Positions 9,994 to 19,167 of a stretch of DNA of 64,000 nucleotides are shown piece after piece. The DNA lies in the NCBI GenBank assembly GCA_033854115.1, contig JAWOKS010000035.1, forward strand, positions 4,341-68,340, read 5' to 3'. The notes beneath the pieces were generated by a model, which saw only the letters and a list, made by a program, of their open reading frames with translations, had not been told where the DNA came from and did not search any database. This stretch comes from Thermoplasmata archaeon (lineage in GTDB: Archaea > Thermoplasmatota > Thermoplasmata > Lutacidiplasmatales > UBA184). Positions within the stretch are counted from its first letter, which is position 1, and each line of letters opens with the position of its first letter. A program made the translations under genes and the position numbers.

Positions 9994-11355
9994 ATGGCAC
10001 CCCCCGTGCGGACGCGAGGTGGTGGGCGCTCGGGCACGGCGCAGGCCGATCCCGAGCTCGTGCTCGCCGGGCGTGCCTGGATCGGTGGGCGCCTCCAGCC
10101 GGTCGAGATCGGCCTCGACGACGAAGGCCGGATCTTGACGCTCGGACGGGACCGCTCGGGGGCCCACCGCCACGACGTGGGCGATCGCGTCATCGTCCCC
10201 GCCGCGACCGACCTCCACGTCCATTTCCGGGAGCCGGGCCCGGCGGACGCCGCCGAGTCCATCGCGTCCGGGACCGTGGGGGCGGCGCTCGGGGGGGTCG
10301 GGCTCGTGGGCGAGATGCCGAACACCGAGCCGCCGGTCACGAGCCTCGAGCGCCTGGAAGAGAAGGCCGACCGGGTCCGCGGCCGCGCCGCGGTCGATGT
10401 CCTCCTCTACGCCTGCCCCCGGACGCCAAGGTCGGTCCGGTCGCTCGCGGCGAAGGCCGGCGGGTTCAAGGTCTTCCTGAGCCCGACGACGAACATCGAG
10501 CCGGTCGGACCTGGGACCGCGCTCCCCGAGCTGCTCGCGGCCCTCGCCGAGGTCGACCTTCCCGTCGCGGTGCACGCGGAGGACCCCGCGTTCTTCCGTC
10601 CCGGGCCCCGCCCGACCGACCCCGTCGGCTGGGACCGTGTCCGCCCGGCCGAGGCCGAGGAGCGCGCGATCGAACGACTCACCCGGGCGCCCGAGCGCCT
10701 GCGGTTGCACGTGGCGCACGTCACTACGCCCGACGTCGCCGCCTCCCTCGTCGCACGACGGGTCTCGTTCGAGGCGACCCCCCACCACCTCCTCCTCGCC
10801 GCGCAGGGCGGGGCCGACGCCCGGTTCAAGGTCAACCCGCCCCTGCGGGCCCGCGGCGCCCAGGAGGGGCTCTGGACGATGTTCCGGGAGGGCAGGATCC
10901 CGTGCGTAGCGAGCGACCATGCTCCGCACCCCGTGGAGGCGAAGGCGCGGCCTTTCGAGATCGCCCCGAGCGGGGTACCCGGCGTGGAGACGATGCTTCC
11001 GCTCCTTCTCGCGCGTGTGGGCTCGGGGGACCTCGCGCTCTCCATCGTCCTCGCGAGCCTGTGCGACCGCCCCGCGCGCGTCCTCGGCCAACCGGTCGGT
11101 CGCCTCGCGGTCGGCCACCGGGCGAACCTGCTCGTCATCGATTTCCGGGACCGGCGTCCGGTGCGGGGCGACCGGCTTCGCTCGCCGTGCGGTTGGAGCC
11201 CGTTCGAAGGATCCGAGGCGGTCTTCCCCACCGAGCACTGGCGCGACGGCGAGCGGATCGTCGACGACGGGGAATACGTCGGGCGGCCGAACGGCCGGGT
11301 CGTCCGTCCCGAGTTCGCAAGGTCGTCGGTCTCGGCCCCACTTTCGCCGGCCTAG
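9994..11355 (+). CDS. pyrC: Dihydroorotase (amidohydrolase superfamily)
   Basis: DLHVHFREPG, MPNTEPP, ASDHAPH motifs. Start taken at ATG 9994 rather than track start 9895. Confidence 0.85.
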   Translation: MAPPVRTRGGGRSGTAQADPELVLAGRAWIGGRLQPVEIGLDDEGRILTLGRDRSGAHRHDVGDRVIVPAATDLHVHFREPGPADAAESIASGTVGAALGGVGLVGEMPNTEPPVTSLERLEEKADRVRGRAAVDVLLYACPRTPRSVRSLAAKAGGFKVFLSPTTNIEPVGPGTALPELLAALAEVDLPVAVHAEDPAFFRPGPRPTDPVGWDRVRPAEAEERAIERLTRAPERLRLHVAHVTTPDVAASLVARRVSFEATPHHLLLAAQGGADARFKVNPPLRARGAQEGLWTMFREGRIPCVASDHAPHPVEAKARPFEIAPSGVPGVETMLPLLLARVGSGDLALSIVLASLCDRPARVLGQPVGRLAVGHRANLLVIDFRDRRPVRGDRLRSPCGWSPFEGSEAVFPTEHWRDGERIVDDGEYVGRPNGRVVRPEFARSSVSAPLSPA

Positions 11356-11379
11356 GTCGGACCACGCCGGCGGACCAGC

Positions 11380-12072
11380 CTAGGGGGGAGCCCCGCCGGC
11401 GGGGAGCTCGGCCGTGCGGACGGGCGCCGGGGGCGGTCGCCGGGGGGGCCAGCCGGGCAGCACGCGGCCCGTGAAGACCAGGTAGAGATAGATCGCGCCC
11501 GCGACGACGAGGACGATCGCCGCGTAGTCGAACCAGCGGAAGTAGCCGGCGATGACCGTCCACTCGGAGCGGAGGACCATCCCCGCGTAGAGGAAGGCGA
11601 GCGCGAACGGCACGAGGCCGAGGAGCGTGTACGCCCCGAAGCGTACCGGGCCCATCTCGGCGGTGCCCGCCGGGTAGCTGATGTAGCTGCGCACGACCGG
11701 AACGAGGCGCGCGAGGGTGACGGTCGCCTCGCCGTGGCGCTGGAAGAACCGGTCCATCGCCTCGAGATGGCGAGGGTGGAGGCGGAGCCGCCCGATGCCG
11801 AAGCGCTCGATCCGGTGGCGCCACCAGCGCCCGACCGCGTACGCGGCGTACGCCCCGACAAGCCCCCCGAGGAGCGCGGCGGCGAGCGCCCCGCCGAACG
11901 AGAACGTTCCCTCGGCGATCAGGAACCCTGCGAACGGAAGGATCACCTCGCTCGGCAGCGGAGGGACGCCGAAGCTCTCCACGATCATCAACGCGAACAG
12001 CCCGGGAAGGCCGATCGTGGTGAGCACGAAGATGATCAGGTCGGCGATCGATCCGATCAGGGAGAACGCCAC
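11380..12072 (-). CDS. DedA/VTT-domain membrane protein
   Basis: LFALMIVESFGVPPLPSEVILPFAGFL. In-frame GTG 12072 removes an Arg-rich, non-protein-like N-terminus. Confidence 0.78.
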   Translation of the reverse strand: MAFSLIGSIADLIIFVLTTIGLPGLFALMIVESFGVPPLPSEVILPFAGFLIAEGTFSFGGALAAALLGGLVGAYAAYAVGRWWRHRIERFGIGRLRLHPRHLEAMDRFFQRHGEATVTLARLVPVVRSYISYPAGTAEMGPVRFGAYTLLGLVPFALAFLYAGMVLRSEWTVIAGYFRWFDYAAIVLVVAGAIYLYLVFTGRVLPGWPPRRPPPAPVRTAELPAGGAPP

Positions 12073-12097
12073 CGGTGCCGGTCCTCCCGAGCGACCC

Positions 12098-12352
12098 CTA
12101 CGTCGCGCTTCGCGCTTCGGGCACCAGACGGAACGGCACCTCGAGATGGACGACCGTCTCCGCCGGCACCCCGTCGACCTCGAGCGGGACCTGGCATCCG
12201 CCACAGGCGACCCCGCCGCGGAGACGGCCGAGCGCGACGGAGAGCGCGACGCCGACCTCGACCTTGCGCGGTCGCACCGGGGCGCGACGGATCGCCTCGC
12301 GGAGCTGCTCCAGAAGCTCGGCGGCGTCCTCGGACGCCGGGGACAGGGCCAT
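12098..12352 (-). CDS. Small hypothetical protein with a single CGGC motif
   Basis: 84 aa with GC-rich third codon positions. A TATA-like box lies about 27 nt upstream, and dedA follows 26 nt downstream. Confidence 0.45.
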   Translation of the reverse strand: MALSPASEDAAELLEQLREAIRRAPVRPRKVEVGVALSVALGRLRGGVACGGCQVPLEVDGVPAETVVHLEVPFRLVPEARSAT

Positions 12353-12373
12353 CGCGGGTACGAGCCGGCAGCC

Positions 12374-12383
12374 CTTCTTAAGC
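12374..12383 (-). promoter_or_regulatory. TATA-like box for the 84-aa ORF / dedA unit
   Basis: cttcttaagc centred about 27 nt upstream of ATG 12352. Confidence 0.4.
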
Positions 12384-12411
12384 TCCCGTCCGCGGGGGCC
12401 CCCGCCGGCGC

Positions 12412-13188
12412 CTACGGGGACGGCGTCTCGGGAGGGCGGCGGGCGCGCGGCCCCGACGGCCGCTCCTCGGACGGGGCGGGGAGCATCTCGTCGCTGATCC
12501 GCTCGAGCTCGTCCATCAGCTCATCGATGTCGATCGGGACCCCTTCCACGGCGGGGGTTGCGGACGAGGCCGGTCGGCCCGGCGCTGCGGGCCGCCGGGT
12601 CGCCGGAGGCACGGGTTCGGTGGCATCCTCGGCCCACGCCGAGGGTCCCGCCGGAGCCGTAGCCGGCGAAGGAGGCGAAGGACGAGGCGCGGCACGGCTG
12701 GACCCGGGCCCGGGGGCCGGCGTCGAACGGGCGGGAATCGACGGAGGAGGCTCGGGAGGAGGGGACCCGGACCCCGGCGCGGGGGTCGATCGAGGCGGAG
12801 CCGCCGGAGGGGCCCGGCTCGGACCGGCGGCGGGTCGCACCGGAGGAAGGGCGAGCGTGGCAGGAGATCGGCGGGGCCACGAAGGTCCCGGCCTCGCGAC
12901 CGGCTCAACGCGGCGGGTCCGCGTGGGCCGTTGCCAGAGGGCCGACGCGAGGAGGAGCGCGGTGGCGCCGACGACAAGGATCAGGAGCCAGAGCAGGACG
13001 AGAGGGGTGAGCAGGCAGCTTCCCGAGTCGCAGGCGGTGAAGTCCTGGAACGCCGAGGTCTCCACGCCGAGCGTCACCCCGAGGGCGATCGCCAGGATTC
13101 CGAGCCCGAGCGCCCCGAACGCGAGGCGGGCGGACGCTGCCTCCTCGCGCCTCATCGTGAGCGGCACTCCACGCGGACCGGAACGCAT
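12412..13188 (-). CDS. Hypothetical membrane protein with a long Pro/Ala/Ser-rich region and an acidic helical C-terminus
   Basis: Two predicted TM helices, then low-complexity sequence with RSTPAPG repeated, then IDIDELMDELERISDEML. The start could be 13188 or 13155. Confidence 0.45.
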   Translation of the reverse strand: MRSGPRGVPLTMRREEAASARLAFGALGLGILAIALGVTLGVETSAFQDFTACDSGSCLLTPLVLLWLLILVVGATALLLASALWQRPTRTRRVEPVARPGPSWPRRSPATLALPPVRPAAGPSRAPPAAPPRSTPAPGSGSPPPEPPPSIPARSTPAPGPGSSRAAPRPSPPSPATAPAGPSAWAEDATEPVPPATRRPAAPGRPASSATPAVEGVPIDIDELMDELERISDEMLPAPSEERPSGPRARRPPETPSP

Positions 13189-13305
13189 TGGAGCGCCCGG
13201 CGGTATGTAACGTCAGAGGGAGGGGCCCGGAGGACAGGCCCGCGAGCTCGGGGTCGAACCCCGACGAGGTCCACGATGCGGCAGCGGCGGGTTCGGCGGG
13301 AACCC

Positions 13306-14943
13306 TCAGGGGCGCCGATCCCCGGGGGCCGGCTCGGGGGCCGGGGCCGCCTCGCCCCCGTCCCGACCGGCCGGGCCGGCTCCGGCTCGGACGCGGACGG
13401 CGAACGACGCCAGTCGACGGACGAGCGGGACGGGGAACCCGAGCAGCCCTTCGACCGAGTGGAGCAAGAGGCGGTCCCCTTCGTCCACGCTCCGGGTCAG
13501 GATCACAACCCCGACGAAGACGAAGGCGAAGACGATGCCGAGGGCGGGCAGCGCGAGCAGCGGCACCCGGACCGGAAGGACCGCGAGGACGAACCCGAGC
13601 GGAACGGTCGTCGCCGCGAGCGGAACGACGAAGTCGCGCGCGAACGGATGGAGCCGTTCGGTCCAGGCGAGCTCGCTGAGGCAGAGCGACACGTAGACCA
13701 GGTTCGCGATCGCCCAGGCGAACCCGGCGCCGACCTGGCCGTACGGCGGCACGAGCACGAAGGCGAGAACGACGTCCGCGATCCCGGCGACGGCGGCGTT
13801 GACGGCGAGGAGGCGGGCCTGACCCGCGGCGACCTGGGCCATCCCCGCCGGACCGAGGAGGGTCCCTGCGAACGCTCCGATCACGGTGATCTGTAAGGGG
13901 GCAACGACGCCCGCGTAGCGAGCTCCGTAGACGAAGCTCAGGGACCCCGAGGGGAGGAAGACGAACAGGAGGAACAGGGGGAGCGAGAAGACGGTCAACC
14001 ACTTGGTCACCGTGGTGTAGGTGAGGCGTACGGCCCGACGGTTCCCACGCGCGAGGAACTGGGAGGCGACGGGGAGGAAGATGTACGACGCCGCCGCGAT
14101 CCCGACCTGGACGAGCCGCGCGAGCGTGAGGCTCGCGGTGTAGGCCCCGACCTCCCCGTAGTGGTAGAACCCAAGCACGACCGTGTCGCCGGTGCCGGCG
14201 ACCGTGAACATCGCCCCGAAGACGAGGAGCGGGACCGCGAGGCGGAGCAGGCGCGATCGGACGGCCGGGTCGATCGGCCCGCGGACGAGCCCGTGGGGAA
14301 GCTTCGCCCGGGTGTAGGCGACGAGCGCGAGCAGCGTGATCGCGTGCGAGAGCGCGTACGCGACGAGCGCGTCGCCGAACGTCACGCGCCCGGGGGGCAC
14401 GACGAGGGCGATCGCGAGCAGGCCGACGAACAGCCCCGGATTCAGGATCTGCAGGTAGAGGGCGTTCGGGGTGACGTTCGCGAACCCCTGGAAGAGCGCC
14501 GCGAGGAGGGTCCCCACCGTGAGGCACGAGAGCGCGAGCGCGAACAGCTCGAGGCCGAAGGCGAGCGCGGGCGAGGCGAGGTCCGCGCCCACGAAAGGCG
14601 CCGCGAGCGCGAGCGCGACCCCCGAGGCCGCCGCGGCGGCGCCCCCGTAGACGAGCGCCGTACGCACGATCGTTCTCCGCTCGAGGTCGCTCGCGGCGTT
14701 CGGCAGGCTCCGGGCGACCGCGACGGGGATCCCGAGGGAGCCGACCGCGAGCAGGACCTGCGTGAGCGTGAACCCGAGGGAGAACGCGTCCCAGTCCGCC
14801 TCGCTAACGCTCCGGACGATCAGCACCCGGGCGAAGAAGTTGAACGTGACCAGACAGAGCGTCGCGACGATCAGGAAGAGGGTCCCGACGGTGACGGTCG
14901 CGAGGCCGCTCCGCAACGCTCCGGAAGGCTCCGCCGTCGCCAC
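13306..14943 (-). CDS. Polysaccharide/oligosaccharide flippase (MOP/Wzx-like)
   Basis: 545 aa with about 14 TM helices and the typical polysaccharide-biosynthesis-protein pattern. GTG start. Confidence 0.75.
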   Translation of the reverse strand: MATAEPSGALRSGLATVTVGTLFLIVATLCLVTFNFFARVLIVRSVSEADWDAFSLGFTLTQVLLAVGSLGIPVAVARSLPNAASDLERRTIVRTALVYGGAAAAASGVALALAAPFVGADLASPALAFGLELFALALSCLTVGTLLAALFQGFANVTPNALYLQILNPGLFVGLLAIALVVPPGRVTFGDALVAYALSHAITLLALVAYTRAKLPHGLVRGPIDPAVRSRLLRLAVPLLVFGAMFTVAGTGDTVVLGFYHYGEVGAYTASLTLARLVQVGIAAASYIFLPVASQFLARGNRRAVRLTYTTVTKWLTVFSLPLFLLFVFLPSGSLSFVYGARYAGVVAPLQITVIGAFAGTLLGPAGMAQVAAGQARLLAVNAAVAGIADVVLAFVLVPPYGQVGAGFAWAIANLVYVSLCLSELAWTERLHPFARDFVVPLAATTVPLGFVLAVLPVRVPLLALPALGIVFAFVFVGVVILTRSVDEGDRLLLHSVEGLLGFPVPLVRRLASFAVRVRAGAGPAGRDGGEAAPAPEPAPGDRRP

Positions 14944-15071
14944 GACCGTCCTCGGACCGCCTCCTTCCGGGCGGTAAAACCTTCGCGCCGGCCACGCCCG
15001 CGGACCCGAGGGCGACCGGCGCGGGCCCGGCCCAAGAACGGCCGGGAGGGAGCGGCGGCGCGAGGGCGACG

Positions 15072-15971
15072 CTAGACGAACTCGTCGAGGATCTTGTCCA
15101 TCTCGGGGATCCCGGCCTTCTGCTTCACGAGAGGGCCCGCCTGCAGCACCTCATCGAGGTCCTCGTAGGTCGGCTTCTCGACCCGGTAGAACAGGCCGAT
15201 CGGGATCTTGTCGCCCCACTCGAGGGCGCGCGCCCAGGCCGCGACGAGGTCGGCCGGGTCGTGGCCGGCGCTCTCGAGCTTGTAGACCCGCTGGCGGAAG
15301 AAGTCGAACGTGTTGATCTTGTTGTACGTCACGCAGGGGCTGAACACGTCGACGAACGCGAAGCCCCGGTGGCGGATCCCGTTCGCGACGAGGTCGGCGA
15401 GGTGCTTCACGTCCCCGGAGAAGCCGCGCGCGACGTACGTCGCGCCGCTCGCGAGCGCGAGCGCGATCGGGTCGATCGGAGCCTCGATCACGCCGCCCGG
15501 GGTCGACTTCGTGCGATGGCCGAGGGTCGACGTCGGGCTCGCCTGCCCGGTCGTGAGCCCGTAGATCTGGTTGTCCATCGTCACGTAGGTGAGATCGACG
15601 TTCCGGCGCATCGCGTGAACGAAGTGGCCCACCCCGATGCCGAACCCATCGCCGTCCCCGCCCGTGCCGATCACGGTGAGGCCGTGGTTCGCCCAGCGGA
15701 TCCCCTCCGCGACGGGGACGGCCCGTCCGTGGATACCGTGGAAACCGTAGGTCGAGAGGAAGTGCGGAAGGTTCGACGAGCAGCCGATCCCCGAGACGAT
15801 CACGACCTCGTGGCTCGGGATCTGGAGCCGCTTCAGCGCCATCTCGACCGCGGCGACGACGCCGAAGTCCCCGCAGCCGGGGCACCAGGTCGGTTTGATC
15901 TCGGATTTGCCGACGACCGGGAGCGCGGGGCCGGTCGGGACCGGCGCCGGGCGGGCGCTACTGTCGGCCAT
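15072..15971 (-). CDS. korB: 2-oxoacid:ferredoxin oxidoreductase, beta (TPP-binding) subunit
   Basis: TWCPGCGDFG, GIGCSS and GGDGDGFGIG motifs. ATG 15971 overlaps the korA stop. Confidence 0.93.
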   Translation of the reverse strand: MADSSARPAPVPTGPALPVVGKSEIKPTWCPGCGDFGVVAAVEMALKRLQIPSHEVVIVSGIGCSSNLPHFLSTYGFHGIHGRAVPVAEGIRWANHGLTVIGTGGDGDGFGIGVGHFVHAMRRNVDLTYVTMDNQIYGLTTGQASPTSTLGHRTKSTPGGVIEAPIDPIALALASGATYVARGFSGDVKHLADLVANGIRHRGFAFVDVFSPCVTYNKINTFDFFRQRVYKLESAGHDPADLVAAWARALEWGDKIPIGLFYRVEKPTYEDLDEVLQAGPLVKQKAGIPEMDKILDEFV

Positions 15972-17709
15972 GACCGTGCATCTCCATCGCCTTCGCAACG
16001 ATCTCGTGCGGGAAGAACGGCTCGCCGTCGTACTTGAGCAGGCGGTCGGTCGGGACGAACCCCGTCTCCGCGCGGAGGAGGCGGCCGAACTGGCCGGAGT
16101 AGTTCGCCTCCACGAGGAGCGTGCGCTGCGCGGCCTGGAGGGGCGGGGTGACCCGGTCGGGGGCGAGCGGGTAGACGGCGGGGAACCAGAGAAGGTTCGT
16201 CGGCGCGCCCCGTTCGGCGAGCTCGGCGACCGCGTCCCGGGCCGCCCCGACGGTCGAGCCCCAGGCGATCAGCGTGAGCGGAGCCCGGGCCGGTCCCTCG
16301 AGGACCGGCGCGGAGACGTCCCGCGCGAGCCCCGCGAGCTTCGACATGCGCTTGTCCATCATCCGCTGCCGCTCGCCGATCCACTTCGGGATCCCGGCCC
16401 GGATGTCCGAGACGAGGTGCCCCCGCTCGTCGTGCTCGTCCGAGCCGGCCACGAACTGGAGGCCGGGCTGACCAGGGAGGGCCCGCGGGGAGACGCCGGT
16501 CGGCGTGTAGCGGTAACGTGCGTACGAGCCCCCGTTCGGCTCGACCGTGAACAGGGACGGCACGTCACCGACCCGCGGGAGCTCCTCGCGGTCGACGGTC
16601 TGGAAGCTCTCGGAGAGATGGAAGTCGCTCGCGACGAGGATCGGCGTCTGCCACGCCTCGGCGAGCCGGAACGCCTCGATCGTCGCGGCGTACGCCTCCT
16701 TCGGATGCGAGGGCGCGAGGATCGCCCTCGGGAACTCCCCCTGGCCCGCCCCGAGCATCAGGTTGAGGTCCCCCTGCTCGGTCTTGGTGGGAAGGCCGGT
16801 CGAGGGACCGGCGCGCTGGGCCTCCACGACCACGAGGGGCGTCTCGGTCATCCCGGCCATGCCGAGCGCCTCGACCATCAGCGAGAACCCTCCGCCGCTC
16901 GTCGCGGTCATCGAGCGCACGCCTCCGTACGACGCGCCGATCGCCATGTTGATCGCCCCGAGCTCGTCCTCCGCCTGCTTCACGACCACGCCAAGGGCCG
17001 TCGCGTGGGCGGCCATCCAGTGCATGATCGTCGAGGCGGGGGTCATCGGGTACTGCGCGAGGAACTTACAGCCCCCGGCGGCCGCGCCGAGCGCGATCGC
17101 CTGGTTGCCGGTCATGAGGAGCTTCGGCGGGCCGCGGCGGCCGAGGGCCCGCTCGTGCGCGCTCGCGTGCTGCTCCGCGAAACGGTAGCCGTCCGCGGCG
17201 GCCCCGAGGTTCCAGTCGACCACCTCGCCCTTCTTGCGGCCGAACGAGTCGGACAGCACCGACTGGAGCACCTCGAGCGGGATCCCGGCAAGGAACGCGG
17301 TGGCCCCCATCCCGCCGGCGTTCTGGAGGATCGACTGGCTCGTGTACTTGCGCGCGATCTCGAGCGTCGGCACCGCGAGGGCCCGGACCCCCTCGGGGAG
17401 CTCGCTCGCGGCGATCGTGAACTTCTCGGGATCGTAGATCACGCTCGCGCCGCGCCGGAGGTCGTGCGCGTGGACCTCGACGGTCGCCTTGTCGAGCGCG
17501 TAGAGGAGGTCGGCGCCGTCCCCCTGCGAGTGGACGCGACGGTCGGAGGCGTTCCCCTGGAACCAGACGTGCCCGCCGCGGATGACCGACTGGTAGGCGT
17601 TCAGTCCGAAGACGTGGAGGCCGAGGCGGGAGAAGCTTCGGGCGAGCGTTTCCCCGATCGAAGCGATCCCGTCGCCAGCCTGGCCGCCGGCACGGACGGA
17701 GATGGCCAC
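15958..17709 (-). CDS. korA: 2-oxoacid:ferredoxin oxidoreductase, alpha subunit (two-subunit type)
   Basis: 583 aa with the gamma-like N-terminal domain fused to the alpha domain (QYPMTPAS, TSGGGFSLM). GTG start. Confidence 0.93.
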   Translation of the reverse strand: MAISVRAGGQAGDGIASIGETLARSFSRLGLHVFGLNAYQSVIRGGHVWFQGNASDRRVHSQGDGADLLYALDKATVEVHAHDLRRGASVIYDPEKFTIAASELPEGVRALAVPTLEIARKYTSQSILQNAGGMGATAFLAGIPLEVLQSVLSDSFGRKKGEVVDWNLGAAADGYRFAEQHASAHERALGRRGPPKLLMTGNQAIALGAAAGGCKFLAQYPMTPASTIMHWMAAHATALGVVVKQAEDELGAINMAIGASYGGVRSMTATSGGGFSLMVEALGMAGMTETPLVVVEAQRAGPSTGLPTKTEQGDLNLMLGAGQGEFPRAILAPSHPKEAYAATIEAFRLAEAWQTPILVASDFHLSESFQTVDREELPRVGDVPSLFTVEPNGGSYARYRYTPTGVSPRALPGQPGLQFVAGSDEHDERGHLVSDIRAGIPKWIGERQRMMDKRMSKLAGLARDVSAPVLEGPARAPLTLIAWGSTVGAARDAVAELAERGAPTNLLWFPAVYPLAPDRVTPPLQAAQRTLLVEANYSGQFGRLLRAETGFVPTDRLLKYDGEPFFPHEIVAKAMEMHGHGRQ

Positions 17710-17729
17710 GTGGCGAAAGAGCTGCCTCG

Positions 17730-17739
17730 TCTATTAATC
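17730..17739 (-). promoter_or_regulatory. TATA box for korAB (leaderless geometry)
   Basis: tctattaatc centred about 26 nt upstream of GTG 17709. Confidence 0.5.
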
Positions 17740-17912
17740 GGCTCGGGTGAACCGGTGAGGGCGCGCGGCCGACGCGATCGCCTCGGCCCGGGGGTCCGCG
17801 CCCGCGTCGCGCTAACGCGTATCAGCCGCTCGGAGCGCTGTGCCCCCCCAGGGTCCTCGCTCGGCCGAGCTCGAGCACCGCCCTCCCCGGCGTGCGCCAG
17901 GCCCCTCCCGGC

Positions 17913-19058
17913 TCAGGGCGGGGGGAACCGACGCCCGAGCGCCTCCTCGAGGGAGCGGACGAGCCGCTCCTCGTCCGCCCCGTCCCACGTGGACCGCGCG
18001 ATCGCTGGCCGGTCGACCCACCGCGAGGGAGCCGGCGCACCGAACGTTCTCGCGAAGGCGGCCTGCCATTCTTCGGGCGGGCTCGCGTCGTCCCCCGGAA
18101 GATCGATCCCCGCGAGGACGTACGCGGTCCGGGCGAGGGTCCGCGCGACGTGGGCGGGCGTGTAGCCTCCGCCCCCGGTGACGACCATCCGGCCCCCCGA
18201 TTCCCGGGCGAGCTCGACGAGGAGGCGGTCGACCTCGGCGTACCCGCGCGCCGTGTACTCGAGCTGGCCGAGCGGATCGCCCCAGTGGCCGTCGACGCCG
18301 TGCTGGACGACGAGGAGGTCCGGGCGGAAGTCGCGCAGAAGGGGGGGGAGGAGGCGTCGCGCGAGCGGCCCGAGCGCCTCATCCCCGGCGTGCGGCGGGA
18401 GCGGGACGTTCACCTTGAGGCCGGCGCCGTCGCCTTCGCCGGTCTCGCGCACGAAACCGGTGCCCGGGAAGAGGGTCCGTCCGTCCTGGTGGAAGTCGAT
18501 GTCGAGAACGCGGCCCGAGCGGTAGAACCCGTACATGACGCCGTCCCCGTGGTGGACGTCCACGTCCACGTAGGCGACCCGCCGACCGAGCTCGAGCGCG
18601 GTCGCGATGCCGATCGCGGGGTCGTTGAAGATGCAGAACCCGCTCGCCCGATCGGGATGCGCGTGGTGGAGCCCCCCGGCCGGAGCGAACGCGAAGCCGC
18701 CGCGCTCGAGCACGAGACGGACCGCCCGCTCCGTCCCGGCGACGATCCGGGCCGACGCCTCGTAGCATCCCGGGAACGCCGGTGTGTCGCCCCCGTCGAG
18801 GACGCGGCCTTCGTCGGTCGCGCCCGCGACCCGAATGAGCTCGAGGTAGCGCGGCTTGTGGAACATGAGGAGCGTGCCGGCCTCCGCCGGCTCCACGCTG
18901 CGCACCCAGTGGACCCGGGCCCTCTCGCCGGGCGAGAGCGATCCCTCGAGCAGGTGGACGGCCGCCTCGCGGCTCGCCTCGCTGAACGGATGGTCCGGCC
19001 CGAAGTCGTACGACCGGAACCGGGGATCCCAGACGACGGCGAGCCCGGACGCCGTCAT
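17913..19058 (-). CDS. acuC: Zn-dependent histone-deacetylase-family protein (AcuC/acetoin-utilization type)
   Basis: GGLHHAHPDRASGFCIFND and YVDVDVHHGDG motifs. Confidence 0.9.
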   Translation of the reverse strand: MTASGLAVVWDPRFRSYDFGPDHPFSEASREAAVHLLEGSLSPGERARVHWVRSVEPAEAGTLLMFHKPRYLELIRVAGATDEGRVLDGGDTPAFPGCYEASARIVAGTERAVRLVLERGGFAFAPAGGLHHAHPDRASGFCIFNDPAIGIATALELGRRVAYVDVDVHHGDGVMYGFYRSGRVLDIDFHQDGRTLFPGTGFVRETGEGDGAGLKVNVPLPPHAGDEALGPLARRLLPPLLRDFRPDLLVVQHGVDGHWGDPLGQLEYTARGYAEVDRLLVELARESGGRMVVTGGGGYTPAHVARTLARTAYVLAGIDLPGDDASPPEEWQAAFARTFGAPAPSRWVDRPAIARSTWDGADEERLVRSLEEALGRRFPPP

Positions 19059-19167
19059 CGATCCCCACCGGCCGACGCGGGCGCCCCGGACGCGAGGACG
19101 GTCGCTCCCCCGGGTCCGGTCGGGACCCTCCGCCTCGGCGGGCCTCCGCGGGCGGCCGACCTCACCC

